Positions 9,125 through 19,812 are shown, counted from the stretch's first letter. The stretch: DNA of 64,000 nt from an uncultured bacterium (GCA_963735175.1 CAVTJX010000016.1:272909-336908), one strand, 5' to 3'. The notes: a model not told the origin generated them from the letters alone. Numbers and translations: made by a program.

Positions 9125-10277
9125 TATATTGGAACTTGAATTCAAGGGGCGGCGCAAGGAATATGCGCTGAACCCGCTGCAATTCCCGTTTCAGGTGGGT
9201 GATCCGGCGATTCTCGAAGTCGATCGCGGACACGACCTTGGCCGGATCAGCCACCTCGGCTGGCGTCCCGGCATCGAAAGCGACCAGACGCCGACACTGA
9301 CGGTGTTGCGCAAGGCCGCCACCGCCGATCTGAAAATGCTCGAGGGCAACCGCGAGCGCGAGACCGACGCCCGCACCGTCGCCCGCCAGAAGATCCACGA
9401 CCACAACCTCGACATGAAGCTGGTGGATGTGGAGCTGCAGTGGGATGGCCGGAAGATGACGTTCTATTTCACCGCCGAGGGCCGCGTCGACTTCCGCGAA
9501 CTGGTGAAGGATCTGGCTTCGACCTTTCGAACGCGCATCGACCTGAGGCAGATCGGCGCGCGCGACGAAACCAAGCGCACCGGCGGTTACGGCGTGTGCG
9601 GGCGGCCATTGTGCTGCTCGACATTTCTGAACGAGTTCAAGCCGATCACGACGCAGATGCCGCGCGACCAGTTCCTGCCGCTCAATCCATCCAAGCTGTC
9701 GGGAGTCTGCGGCCGGTTGAAGTGCTGCCTACGCTATGAACTGGACGTGTATCGCGAATTCCAGCGTTCGTGTCCGAAGGTCGGCCATCCGGTGCGCGAC
9801 GACGTAAAGGGCGACGGCGCGATCGACAAGCTCGACGTAATCCGCGAGCAGATCCAGGTCCGCTTCGCCAGCGGCGACACAGAAAAATATTCAACGGCGG
9901 AATTCATTGAGCTTTCCAACTGGCGGCCCGAGATGCCGAAAAACGAGTGCATCTGCACGTGCGGCCGCAAACCGCCCGCTATTCCCGCCCAGCCTGTCGT
10001 GACGACCGTGGATGAACCGGTCTTTCCCGAGGCCGGACTGCGCAAGGGCGAGCGCGTGACGCTGCTGCCGGGCGGCGGCCTTGGGATGCAAAGCGGCGCC
10101 GGCGGCGAAGAGATCCAGGTGGGTACCAACGCGCCCCTTCCCCAGGCCGCCGCCGGACCGGCCAAGAAGAAGCGCAAGCGCCGCCGCGGCAAGAAAAAAC
10201 CCACCGACTCGACTGGCAATCCGCCGGCCGCCAACGCCCCGGCTCCGGATGCCGACGACGAAGACGACGACGATTAA
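9117..10277 (+). CDS. ricT: PSP1-domain protein RicT/YaaT
   Basis: FYFTAEGRVDFRELVKDLA, RQIGARDE, CGRPLCC, LSGVCGRLKCCLRYE; typical holB-yaaT-metG context. Confidence 0.92.
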   Translation: MLDILELEFKGRRKEYALNPLQFPFQVGDPAILEVDRGHDLGRISHLGWRPGIESDQTPTLTVLRKAATADLKMLEGNRERETDARTVARQKIHDHNLDMKLVDVELQWDGRKMTFYFTAEGRVDFRELVKDLASTFRTRIDLRQIGARDETKRTGGYGVCGRPLCCSTFLNEFKPITTQMPRDQFLPLNPSKLSGVCGRLKCCLRYELDVYREFQRSCPKVGHPVRDDVKGDGAIDKLDVIREQIQVRFASGDTEKYSTAEFIELSNWRPEMPKNECICTCGRKPPAIPAQPVVTTVDEPVFPEAGLRKGERVTLLPGGGLGMQSGAGGEEIQVGTNAPLPQAAAGPAKKKRKRRRGKKKPTDSTGNPPAANAPAPDADDEDDDD

Positions 10278-10325
10278 TCGCCATGCGCGCGGCCTTCCGC
10301 GCCCATCCAAACGATCCGAAAGTTC

Positions 10326-12255
10326 ATGAGTACCTATTACGTCACGACGCCAATCTACTATGTGAACGCCGACCCGCACATCGGGACGGCATACACCACG
10401 GTGCTGGCCGACACGGTCGCGCGCTATCACCGGCTGCTTGGCGACGACACGTTTTTCCTGACGGGTACGGACGAGCACGGCGACAAGATCGCGCGCTCGG
10501 CCGCCGCCCGCGGTATCGAACCTCAGCAATTCGTGAATGAGGTCAGCGCCCGCTTCCGGGCGCTCTGGCCCGAACTGCTGGTCTTCCCCGACCGCTTTAT
10601 CCGCACCACCGACCCCGCGCACGTCCGGCTGGTGCAGGAGATTTTGCAGCGCGTCTACGACAAGGGCGACATTTACTTCTCAGAGTATGGCGGTCTTTAC
10701 TGCACCGGCTGCGAACGCTTTCTGATGGAGAAGGAACTGGTCGACGGTAAGTGCCCCGATCACCTCACGGCGCCGGAATTCGTGCAGGAGCAGAACTATT
10801 TCTTCCGCATGGGGCGCTATCAGCAGTGGCTGCTGGACTACATCGACAAGCACCCGGACTTCATTCGCCCCGAACGTTACCGCAACGAGGTGCTGGGCTT
10901 TTTACGCGAGCCGCTGGAAGATCTTCTGCATCTCGCGCCCGAAGACGCGCCTGACATGGGGTATCGAGATTCCCTTCGACAGCAATTTTGTCACCTACGT
11001 CTGGTTTGACGCGCTGTTGAACTACCTGACGGGTATCGACTACGGCTCAGGTGAAACGTGGGAAGCCGCGTGGCGCAACGTGGAACACCTGATTGGCAAG
11101 GATATTCTTAAGCCGCACGCGATTTACTGGCCGACGATGCTGCACGCAGCGGGCATCGCGCCGTTCCAGCACCTCACCGTGCACGGCTATTGGAATTTCA
11201 AGGACGCGAAGATATCAAAATCCGCGGGAAAGCCCGTGGGCGTGCCGCCGCTCTTGAGCGCCTTCGGCGCGGACGCGCTGCGCTATTTTCTGATGCGCGA
11301 CATGGTGGTGGGACTCGACGCGAAATTCACGCCGGAGCTGTTGGTGCAGCGCATCAACAGCGATCTCGCCAACGACCTGGGCAATCTGCTCTCGCGCATC
11401 GCCAAGCTGGTCAGCGACCATTTTGACAGCCGGATTCCTCCGGCAGGAGAGCCGGAGAGCAGCCTGCGGGAGATGGCGCAATTTCTTGTTCGCGACGTGC
11501 CCGCCTATATCAGCGACTTCCGCCTGCACGCGCTGATCGAAGAGACGATGCAGCTCGTGCGGGCCACGAACCGTTACTTCGAATCGTCCGCGCCGTGGGC
11601 GCTGGCGAAGACCGATAAGCAGCGCTGCGGCGAAGTGCTCTACGAATGCGCCGAGGCGCTGCGCATCGCCGCCGTGATCCTCTACCCCGTAATGCCCGGC
11701 AAGATGGCGAGACTACTCAGCCGCCTGGGAGAGCCCGTGGAGAACTTCCGCCTCGCCGACGCCGCCGCCTGGGGCCGCCTGCGCGCGGGCGCGCGGCTGG
11801 AAGCGGGCGAGCCGCTGTTTCCGCGCATCGACGAAGCTGAACTGGCGAAGACGCTGCCCGAACTCTTCGGCAACGGCTCACCCAAAACCACTCCGGCTCC
11901 GCCCCCTCTGCCGCTGCCGGAAAACGTCGTAGAGTTGATCGAGATCCAGGACTTTGCGAAAGTCCAACTCCGCGTCGCCAAGGTGCTCGCTGCCGAAAAG
12001 CTGGCAAACACCGACAAATTGCTGCGGCTGCAAGTCGATATCGGCGGCGCCACTCGGCAGATCGTCGCCGGCATCGCGCAATTTTACTCGGCCGAGGAAA
12101 TGGTGGGCCGGTTGATCGTTGTCGTCGCCAATCTGAAACCGGTCAAACTACGCGGCGAACTTTCCGAAGGCATGCTACTGGCCGCCAAGGCCGATGGCAA
12201 ACTCGTTCTCTTGTCCGTGGACGGCGAAGTCTGTTCCGGTTCGACCATCAGTTAA
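10326..12255 (+). CDS. metG: methionine--tRNA ligase with C-terminal tRNA-binding domain (frameshift near 10925)
   Basis: TTPIYYVNADPHIG, TGTDEHG, YVWFDAL in the shifted frame, GKDIL, KISKS, NLKPVKLRGELSEGMLL. Confidence 0.96.
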
Positions 12256-12257
12256 CC

Positions 12258-13721
12258 ATGACCGCGATTCCCGTTTCCCCCTCGCTGGGCGAATGCCTGG
12301 CAACATTCGAAGGCCGGCGCGCGCTCGTCATCGACGACGGTCGCGGCGGCTATCTCGACTTGATCGCGCAGCGCTACGACGAAGCGCATCTCGTGCAGGC
12401 GTTTTCCGCCGCCATCTCCGCGAAGCGCGCGCTCGATACGCCGGATAACGTCAAATTCTCCGCGTGGCAGGGAGCGGAGTTGCCGTTTGCCGCCGACGCG
12501 TTCGATGCGGTGTTTCTCGTCCATACCCTCGGCCGCGTGACCGACCGCGCCGCGCTGATTGGCGACTGCCTGCGCGTTTTAAAGCAGCGCGCGCCGCTCG
12601 TGGCTTTGGAATTCAGCCTCGCCGTCAGCACTCCGCGGCAGATTAATCTGCTCAGTCTCGAGCGGCTGCTGCGCGACCGCGACGAAGCCCTGCGCGGCGA
12701 ACCGCTCCCGTGGCTCGCGAGTGAGGATCTGCAGCGTGAACTGCGCGCGCTTGATTTGCACCACTTGCGTTACCTCGATATCTCGCCCGAACAAACCAGC
12801 GGTACGGCCTTGGCCGAATTGAAACGCGAATCGCTGGAACGGATTAAGCTCGATTTACTGCCGTCGCTCAGCCGCCTCGGAGAGCAGCGCGACGCGTTCG
12901 AGCACCGGCTGATCGAGATCAAGCGCGCCATCGAACTCACGGGCGTCGCGCCGCTGGGGCACGTGCTGGTTTACGGGGTGAAGAAAACCGTGTACGCGGC
13001 GACGGAAGCGTCGCTCTTCGCCTCGGTACCCCTTACGCCCGAACCCGCCCGGCCGGCAGCGCTTGCGACCGGCGCCGACATGCCGCCCCTCCCCGCGTCA
13101 CCCGCGGCCGCCATCGAAACGCTCTCCACCGGGGAGCTGTTGTCGCTGATTTTCACCGGCGGCGAATCGCAGTCGCGGCTCGAACGCCTGGCGGCCCGCA
13201 TTCTGCGTGAATATGGCTCGCGGGCCGTGGCCGCCGAACGCAACCCGCAGGCGTTAGTCGAGACGTTCGGCATCGGTTACGCGCAGGCGCTGCAGATCGT
13301 GGCCGCTTTCGAACTGGGCCGCCGCTTCTTCGCCGCCGACGCGGACGCGCCCGTGCTGCGCGGTCCGGAGGATATTTTCCAATTCGCCGCCGAAATGGGC
13401 AAGCTCAAGCGCGAGCAGTTTCGCGGCCTCTATCTCGACAACCGCCAGCGCCTCGTAGCCGACGAGGTCATCTCCATCGGTACGCTGACGAGCGCGATCC
13501 TCCATCCGCGCGAAGTCTTCCGCCCCGCCTTCTCGCATAACGCGGTCTCGATGGTGCTGGTGCACAATCATCCCAGCGGCGACGCCGAACCTTCGAACGA
13601 GGACATCGAGATGACGCGGCAGCTTTCCAAGGCCGGACAAATCCTTGGCATCGAACTGCTCGACCACGTCATCATCGGCGGCGACATCTGGTACAGCATG
13701 AAAAACGCCAGCCTCTTTTGA
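12258..13721 (+). CDS. radC: fusion of class I SAM-methyltransferase-like domain and RadC (JAB/MPN) domain
   Basis: N-terminal VIDDGRGG...LPFAADAFDAVF...CLRVLK; C-terminal LSTGELL, REQFRGLYLD, HPREVF, HNHPSGD...SNED, LLDHVII. Confidence 0.85.
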   Translation: MTAIPVSPSLGECLATFEGRRALVIDDGRGGYLDLIAQRYDEAHLVQAFSAAISAKRALDTPDNVKFSAWQGAELPFAADAFDAVFLVHTLGRVTDRAALIGDCLRVLKQRAPLVALEFSLAVSTPRQINLLSLERLLRDRDEALRGEPLPWLASEDLQRELRALDLHHLRYLDISPEQTSGTALAELKRESLERIKLDLLPSLSRLGEQRDAFEHRLIEIKRAIELTGVAPLGHVLVYGVKKTVYAATEASLFASVPLTPEPARPAALATGADMPPLPASPAAAIETLSTGELLSLIFTGGESQSRLERLAARILREYGSRAVAAERNPQALVETFGIGYAQALQIVAAFELGRRFFAADADAPVLRGPEDIFQFAAEMGKLKREQFRGLYLDNRQRLVADEVISIGTLTSAILHPREVFRPAFSHNAVSMVLVHNHPSGDAEPSNEDIEMTRQLSKAGQILGIELLDHVIIGGDIWYSMKNASLF

Positions 13722-13746
13722 GACCGGCGATTCCCGCAATTAAAAC

Positions 13747-13780
13747 GAGGCGCACCCCGCAAGGTGCGCCTCATCTGTAT
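13747..13780. terminator. hairpin between convergent radC fusion and kinase genes
   Basis: GAGGCGCACC-CCGCAA-GGTGCGCCTC, preceded by an A-rich stretch. Confidence 0.65.
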
Positions 13781-13789
13781 TCCATCTGT

Positions 13790-13822
13790 CCCCCCCGTTC
13801 ACGGGGGGGGGCTAAGGGGGGT
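13790..13822. repeat. polyC/polyG palindromic intergenic element
   Basis: CCCCCCC-GTTCAC-GGGGGGGGG followed by CTAAGGGGGGT; single copy in the window. Confidence 0.45.
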
Positions 13823-13836
13823 GGCCGTCGGAAACG

Positions 13837-15933
13837 CTACCGCCTCGGTAGCGAGACCGTAAACGCCGCGCCCTTGCCCTTCTCCGATTCGACGCTGATC
13901 TTGCCACCCGCCGTTTCAATCATGTTGCGGCTGAGATACAGCCCTAATCCCGTACCCTGCCCCGAGGCGCGGAAGGTGAAGAACGGTTCAAATATCTGCG
14001 GCAGGTGCTCGGCCGCGATACCCACGCCGGTATCGCGCACGGTCAGCTCCACCGTCTCCGGCAGGGCATGCGTGGAAACAGCGAGGTCTCCACCCTGCGG
14101 CATAGCGTCGATGGCGTTCAGCATCAGATTCAGCACGACTTGCTGGAGTTCCTGCGGCGAACCGGAGACCGGCGGCAATTGCGGCTCGAGGTTCAGACTC
14201 AGCCGCACGTTGCGCTCGTGCAGCTGTTGCTTCAATAGCGCCGCCATGGATTCGGTCACATCGTTTAAATGGACCGCCGCGGTTTCCGTCGGCGCGCGAT
14301 GCAGGTTCAACATGCTATTGACGATGTGCCGCAGACGTTCGACGCCCTGCTCGATCAGGCGCAGGCTTTCGGCGGGATCTTCGCGCGCGGCAATTTTCGA
14401 CTGTGCCATCTTGAGCTGCGAGACCATCGCCTGCAGGGGATTGCTGATTTCGTGGGCCACGCCCGCCGCCAGACGCCCCGTCGCCGCGAGGCGCTCCGCC
14501 GTAACGAGCTGTTGCAGCAGCACGCGATGTTCCGTAATATCGCGGAGGATCCCCTGCGTGCTGTGCACCGCTCCGCCCGGCCGCACAACCGTGCGATTGA
14601 TCTCCAGCGTGCGCTTGTCACCCTGGCGCGTCACCAGTTCCACGTGATGCACGGCGTGATCGGCTACACACTCCGCCAATTCCTGCAGCGCGCGGTGGTT
14701 GATGGGATTTTCCGTCATCAAGTCTTCCAGCATCCGCCGCAGCGTCCGTCCGAGATAACTGTCGCGCCCATAGCCGAGCACGCGCGTGAAAGCGTCGTTC
14801 AGGTATGTCAGGCGGTCGTTAGCGTCGGTGACGTAAACGATGTCGGTGGTCGCATTGACGAGGCGGCTGAAACGCTCCTCGGAAATTCGCAGCTCCTGCG
14901 TCCGCTCTTCAAACAGCCGCTCGAGGTCGGCGGTGTGATGCGTCAGCGTGTCGCGCAGCTCGTGCGCTTCGAGATGCAGCGCGCCGTGGCCGAGCAGCAC
15001 TTCCATCAGGCGCACGATTTCCGCCACCGGGCGCGCGCCGTCGACCGGACCTTCCAGCGAGAGATAGCCGAAGACGCCGCCGTCCTGCCGGAACATCGGC
15101 AGAAACAGGTTGTCGCCCGCCTGCCAGCGATCCTGCGGTTCAGCGACTTCGAAGCGCTCGCGTGGGAAATGCGCGTAAATAGCCGTGCCGATGCGCTCGT
15201 CGTCGCGGTCGAATTCATAGGGTCGCAACGGCTGATCCAGCAGCGCCTGAAGTTGCGCGCGCCGCGTGCTTTCGCCGCCTTCCTCCCAGAATCCGACATG
15301 CCGCACGCGAAAGCGCGCGTCGGCCAGCAGCAGCACCGCGCGGCGATACGCGCCCGCCTCCACCACCGCCTGGCACAGGAAGTCGAGCAGCCGCGACTCG
15401 GGTTCCTTGCGGCCGATCTCCGAGCTGATGTGGAAAAGGTGTTCGAGGATCCGCTGATAGCGCTGCGATTCGACCGTGCGCTCGACCACCGTTTCCGTCA
15501 GCGCCGCGTTGTGGGCTTCGAGACGCCGCGCATAGTCACGGTTTTGCAGTTCGAGCCGCTTGACCTCCGCCGCGCGCTCGATCAGCACCGCGATTTCCTT
15601 GAGTGATGCGAACGGCTTCTTGATGAACGAAAACGCCTGATCGGCAAAGGCGGCGATCACGTCGTCGAGATCCGCCTGCCCCGACATCAGGATCTTGGCC
15701 ATTCCCGGGAAACGGCTGTTCAGTTCCTGCTGCAATTCACGTCCGTCCCGGCCGGGGAGCTGAATATCAAGCAACGCCACCTGAATCTCGGAAAGATCCG
15801 GCAGCGCCAGCGCGTCTTCGGCGGTCTCCACGGCCTGTACAACCATGCCGCGGCCTTCCAGAAAGCTGCGCAGCAGTTCGCGGATATGCAGTTCGTCGTC
15901 GACAATCAGGACTTTGAGCGGCGTTTCGGGCAT
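13837..15933 (-). CDS. hybrid sensor histidine kinase (REC-GAF-like-PAS-HisKA-HATPase)
   Basis: VLIVDDE, LLDIQLPG, KPF; PAS YVTDANDRLTYLNDAF; H-box AHEISNPL, NLMLNAIDA, DTGVGI, GTGLGL. Confidence 0.93.
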   Translation of the reverse strand: MPETPLKVLIVDDELHIRELLRSFLEGRGMVVQAVETAEDALALPDLSEIQVALLDIQLPGRDGRELQQELNSRFPGMAKILMSGQADLDDVIAAFADQAFSFIKKPFASLKEIAVLIERAAEVKRLELQNRDYARRLEAHNAALTETVVERTVESQRYQRILEHLFHISSEIGRKEPESRLLDFLCQAVVEAGAYRRAVLLLADARFRVRHVGFWEEGGESTRRAQLQALLDQPLRPYEFDRDDERIGTAIYAHFPRERFEVAEPQDRWQAGDNLFLPMFRQDGGVFGYLSLEGPVDGARPVAEIVRLMEVLLGHGALHLEAHELRDTLTHHTADLERLFEERTQELRISEERFSRLVNATTDIVYVTDANDRLTYLNDAFTRVLGYGRDSYLGRTLRRMLEDLMTENPINHRALQELAECVADHAVHHVELVTRQGDKRTLEINRTVVRPGGAVHSTQGILRDITEHRVLLQQLVTAERLAATGRLAAGVAHEISNPLQAMVSQLKMAQSKIAAREDPAESLRLIEQGVERLRHIVNSMLNLHRAPTETAAVHLNDVTESMAALLKQQLHERNVRLSLNLEPQLPPVSGSPQELQQVVLNLMLNAIDAMPQGGDLAVSTHALPETVELTVRDTGVGIAAEHLPQIFEPFFTFRASGQGTGLGLYLSRNMIETAGGKISVESEKGKGAAFTVSLPRR

Positions 15934-15939
15934 GACCTT

Positions 15940-16980
15940 CTATGCTTCGAGGTGCTTTAAAATTATTTCGGCGGCAGGTTTGATTGCCTCAGCCGCAATA
16001 TCCAGATGCGTGACCAGGCGGAACTTCGCGGCGCCTTCGGGGAAGAAGAGTACGCCGTCCGCAGCGCAGCGGCGCGTCAGTTCCGGGGCGTCGATTTTGC
16101 TGCGCGTAATCTCCACGATCAAAATGTTGGTCTGCACCGGCCGCTCGATCTCCACCTTACCGCTTTCGAGCAGCAGCGTTGTCAGCTCCTGGGCTTTGGC
16201 ATGATCTTCGGCGAGGCGCACGCGGTGGTTATCGAGCGCGTACAGCGCCGCCGCCGCCAGAATACCCATCTGCCGCATGCCACCACCGAAGAGCTTGCGG
16301 TAGCGGTGCGCGCGGACGATAAAATCCGCCGTGCCCGCCACCATGCTGCCCACCGGAGCGCCGAGGCCCTTGGAAAAGCAGACCGACACCGTATCGGCGT
16401 GCGTCGCAAAATCGATTTCGGGCCGGCCCAGCGCGACGGCGGCGTTCCACAGTCGCGCGCCGTCCATGTGCATCACCAGCTTTTTAGCGCGCGCCACGGC
16501 GGCGATACGGGCGAGTTCGGCCGGATCGTAACACGTGCCGCTGCCACGGTTGTGCGTATTTTCCACGGCGACCATCACCGTCGGCGAAACGTGGTCGCGC
16601 CCGCCATGCACCGCTGCCGCGATCTGATCGGCCGTCAGAATTCCCCGCTTGCCCGCGAGCGGCCGCAGTTGGACGCCGCTTAACAGCGCGGGCGCGCCGC
16701 CTTCGTAGTTCAGGATATGCGCCTGTTCGTCCAGCAGCACTTCGTCGCCGGGCCGCGTCTGCGCGGCGAGGCACACCTGGTTGCCCATCGTGCCGCTGGG
16801 GACGAACAGCGCAGCTTCCTTGCCAAGCAGTTCCGCGACCCGCTTCTGCAAGCGATTCGCCGTGGGATCCTCGTCAAAGCAGTCGTCGCCCACCTCGGCT
16901 TCCGCCATGGCTTTTCGCATAGCGGCAGTGGGGCGGGTCACGGTATCGCTGCGCAGGTCGATGGGGAAAAAGTCGCTCAT
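15940..16980 (-). CDS. ltaE: low-specificity L-threonine aldolase
   Basis: [49 protein letters not shown]; start trimmed to ATG 16980. Confidence 0.94.
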   Translation of the reverse strand: MSDFFPIDLRSDTVTRPTAAMRKAMAEAEVGDDCFDEDPTANRLQKRVAELLGKEAALFVPSGTMGNQVCLAAQTRPGDEVLLDEQAHILNYEGGAPALLSGVQLRPLAGKRGILTADQIAAAVHGGRDHVSPTVMVAVENTHNRGSGTCYDPAELARIAAVARAKKLVMHMDGARLWNAAVALGRPEIDFATHADTVSVCFSKGLGAPVGSMVAGTADFIVRAHRYRKLFGGGMRQMGILAAAALYALDNHRVRLAEDHAKAQELTTLLLESGKVEIERPVQTNILIVEITRSKIDAPELTRRCAADGVLFFPEGAAKFRLVTHLDIAAEAIKPAAEIILKHLEA

Positions 16981-17048
16981 GGGTTCTCGCTGGGTGATAC
17001 TGGATGCAAAAGCCGAGCCCGCTGTTCCAGACTGGCCCGGTAGAATTG

Positions 17049-17081
17049 CACAGGGACCGACTTGGCACGCCGGTCCCTGTG
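17049..17081. other. intergenic perfect inverted repeat (11-bp stem)
   Basis: CACAGGGACCG-11 nt-CGGTCCCTGTG between elbB and ltaE. Confidence 0.5.
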
Positions 17082-17132
17082 TCAGTTCAAGTGGAGATGT
17101 CGCCGTCTCGAAACACCGACGGACCGCGGCGG

Positions 17133-17798
17133 TCAGCTGTTGGTCATGGCCAATAGTTCCGCGACCAGGTGTTCGATCCCGCGCGCAACTTCGGAGATGC
17201 GGGTCTGGCACATGTAAGCCGGAGTGGAGACGATGCGATGCTCCCGATCTACCACCGCCTCGCTGGCCGTCGCCACGACGTGCCGGCCGCCGAAGGCTTC
17301 CAGGCTGGCCGAAGCTCCCGAGGCAGCGCCCACGGTCAGTTGTGGATGCAGACTTTGCCCCTTGAAGGCGCGGGCGAAAACGACAGGCGAAATGCAAATC
17401 AGACCGATGGGTTTCGCGGTCTGCATCCACGCCTGGAGGAATGATTCCACGAGCGGCAGAATTGCGCAATCATCGCCTTTGACGGCATAGTCGCAGTAGT
17501 TTTTCGCCGCGCCGAAGCCGCCGGGAAAGACTACCGCATCAAGCTTGTCGACCCACGCGTTACTTAACGGTTCGATCTTGCCGCGCGCGAGGCGCGCCGC
17601 TTCGATCAGCACGTTGCGACTTTCGCCGGTGGATTCACCCGTGCGGTGATTGACTACATGCAGCTGCGTGACGTCAGGCGCGAGGCATTGCACCGTCACA
17701 TCGGCACGATCCAGCGCCAGGAGCGTCAGTACCGATTCGTAGATCTCGGCGCCATCCAGAAAGCCGCAACCCGCCAACACGACACCTACGGTCTTCAT
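17133..17798 (-). CDS. elbB: ElbB / ES1 family DJ-1/PfpI-like glyoxalase
   Basis: [48 protein letters not shown]. Confidence 0.93.
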   Translation of the reverse strand: MKTVGVVLAGCGFLDGAEIYESVLTLLALDRADVTVQCLAPDVTQLHVVNHRTGESTGESRNVLIEAARLARGKIEPLSNAWVDKLDAVVFPGGFGAAKNYCDYAVKGDDCAILPLVESFLQAWMQTAKPIGLICISPVVFARAFKGQSLHPQLTVGAASGASASLEAFGGRHVVATASEAVVDREHRIVSTPAYMCQTRISEVARGIEHLVAELLAMTNS

Positions 17799-17824
17799 GG
17801 GTATTGCCCTCAAACGTTGTGCGA

Positions 17825-17895
17825 CATCGCGGCCTTGAAGACCGCGACGGCGGCGAACAGACCGCCATCGGGGGTTTGTACCCCCCCGACGGCGG
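17825..17895. repeat. tandem pair of REP-like units (same family as 2941-3010)
   Basis: CATCGCGGCCTTGAAGACCGCGACGGCGG and CCATCGGGGGTTTGTACCCCCCCGACGGCGG. Confidence 0.6.
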
Positions 17896-17910
17896 ATCTG
17901 TGCATTCGAT

Positions 17911-18831
17911 TTAGAGTTTCGTCTCGGCGACGGTGGCGCGAACTTTCTCGGCGGAGGCGGCGAACATCGCATTCTCGCTGGTGTCCATCGGCATTTCGAG
18001 AATCTTCTCGACGCCGTTCCTGCCCAGCACCACGGGCACGCCCATGTAGAGATCCTTCATCCCGTACTGGCCTTGCAGCCACGCCGCGCACGGCATGACG
18101 CGCTTCTGGTCGAGGGCGATGCTTTCTACCATGTCGACGGTGCCGGCGGCCGGGGCATACCACGCGCTCGTTCCCATCAGCTTGACAATTTCCGCGCCGC
18201 CGTTCTGCGTACGCAGGATCATGGCGTCAATCTTCTCCTTCGAGCAGAGGCTGGTCAGCGGCACGCCGCCGACCAGTGTCTGGCGGGCGAGCGGCACCAT
18301 TGTGTCGCCGTGGCCGCCCAGCACGATCGCGTCGATGTCGCGCATCGAGACGCCCAGTTCCATCGAGATGAAGGCCTTGAAGCGCGCGGTGTCGAGGATT
18401 CCGGCCATGCCCATCACGCGGTTCGGCTTGAAGCCCGAGATCTTCAGCGCGCCATAACACATCGCGTCGAGCGGATTCGAAACCACGATCAGCACCGCAT
18501 CGGGCGAAACCTTGGCGGCCTTGCCGACGGCGTCCTTCACGATTTCGATGTTTACAGCCAGCAGGTCTTCGCGCGACATGCCCGGCTTGCGCGGCTTGCC
18601 CGCCGTCATGACGATAATATCCGACTTCGCGGTAGGCGCGTAGTCGTTGGTGCCGATGACGCGCGTATCATAACCTTCCACCGCGGCCGACTGATACATG
18701 TCGAGGGCTTTGCCCTGGGGGATACCTTCGACGACGTCGACCAGTACGATTTCGTTGACGATGTTACGCTGGGCCAGCACGTAGGCGACGGTCGCGCCGA
18801 CATTGCCCGCGCCGATGACGGTAACTTTCAT
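17911..18831 (-). CDS. mdh: malate dehydrogenase (LDH-like)
   Basis: IGAGNVG, TAGKPRKPGMSREDL, VSNPLD, LDTARF, GGHGD, SAWYAP. Confidence 0.96.
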   Translation of the reverse strand: MKVTVIGAGNVGATVAYVLAQRNIVNEIVLVDVVEGIPQGKALDMYQSAAVEGYDTRVIGTNDYAPTAKSDIIVMTAGKPRKPGMSREDLLAVNIEIVKDAVGKAAKVSPDAVLIVVSNPLDAMCYGALKISGFKPNRVMGMAGILDTARFKAFISMELGVSMRDIDAIVLGGHGDTMVPLARQTLVGGVPLTSLCSKEKIDAMILRTQNGGAEIVKLMGTSAWYAPAAGTVDMVESIALDQKRVMPCAAWLQGQYGMKDLYMGVPVVLGRNGVEKILEMPMDTSENAMFAASAEKVRATVAETKL

Positions 18832-18922
18832 GGGAATGCTTCTTTTCGTTTAAGAATGTAGAATCAGACATCCAGGATGGATGTCACTGTGAGCGGTGGG
18901 AAAGGCGGCAATTGTTTTTCCG

Positions 18923-18990
18923 GCTTGGGCGGCGGGCTCTGTCCCGCCGCACTCTCCTCACGATGCAACGGGACGGAGCCCGTTGCCTAA
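18923..18990. repeat. REPIN-like doublet, second copy
   Basis: both palindromes match 5152-5217; only the central spacer differs. Confidence 0.85.
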
Positions 18991-19027
18991 GCCGTGGAGG
19001 GGTGACCGGCGCCAGCGCCGCGCGCTG

Positions 19028-19064
19028 GAAAAGAATACGCGCGGTCCCAGGTTGGGACCGCGCG
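19028..19064 (-). terminator. intrinsic terminator after rpmA
   Basis: CGCGCGGTCCCA-ACC-TGGGACCGCGCG followed by TATTCTTTT. Confidence 0.75.
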
Positions 19065-19124
19065 ATAGAAACGGAGCGAAGGTCGCTTTAGTCCCGGCGG
19101 CACCGGGCAGCAGAAGTCGCCGGC

Positions 19125-19398
19125 TTACGCTTCGGCGATGACTTCAGGAATGATGTGGATCAGCTTGCGCGTGCCGGAGTTCTTGGTCTCGAACCGGACC
19201 TTGCCGGGGACCAGGGCGAACAGCGTGTGATCGCGGCCCATGCCGATATGGGTTCCCGGATGGATGCGCGTGCCGCGTTGCCGCACGAAGGATCTCGCCC
19301 GCGAGCACGAACTGACCGGCAAAACGCTTGACGCCCAGCATCTTGGGCTGGCTGTCACGCCCGTTACGGCCGGATCCCTGTCCTTTTTTATGCGCCAT
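19125..19398 (-). CDS. rpmA: 50S ribosomal protein L27 (frameshift near 19290)
   Basis: [16 protein letters not shown] plus [11 protein letters not shown]...GRDHTLFAL. Confidence 0.96.
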
Positions 19399-19436
19399 GA
19401 GAAATATCCTCGAATGCTGCCGCCGCCTTTGAAGGC

Positions 19437-19748
19437 TTAGGCTTCAATGGAATCGATCTTAACGGTGGTGAAGCGTTGCCTGTGGCCTTGCTTCTTGTGG
19501 TAGTCCACGCGTTTATGCTTCTTGAAGACGATCAGCTTCCGGTCCCGCATGTGGCTGACCACGGTGGCGTGGATTTTCGCCGCCACATAGGGGGTGCCAA
19601 CGAGTACCTTCTGACCATCGGCCAGGAACAGCACCTTGTTAAATGCGACCTTATCGCCTTCCTTGGCGTTGGTCAGGAAATCTACGCGGAGCTGCTGGCC
19701 GACTTCGGCTTTGAGCTGGCGGCCGGGGGCTTGAAATACGACGTACAT
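19437..19748 (-). CDS. rplU: 50S ribosomal protein L21
   Basis: [14 protein letters not shown]...[10 protein letters not shown]; upstream of rpmA. Confidence 0.95.
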   Translation of the reverse strand: MYVVFQAPGRQLKAEVGQQLRVDFLTNAKEGDKVAFNKVLFLADGQKVLVGTPYVAAKIHATVVSHMRDRKLIVFKKHKRVDYHKKQGHRQRFTTVKIDSIEA

Positions 19749-19783
19749 GGGAACCGGTTTGGGTGGTTGAATAAAAGCTTACA

Positions 19784-19812
19784 AAGATAAGCAATTCCGG
19801 CAAATTTGTCAA
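19784..19812 (-). promoter_or_regulatory. sigma70-type promoter for rplU-rpmA
   Basis: TTGACA-N17-TATCTT(TG). Confidence 0.8.

Noticed and set aside
16981-17469. 160-aa N-terminal extension on LtaE in the ORF track
   Set aside because: It overlaps elbB out of frame, and family similarity starts at ATG 16980.
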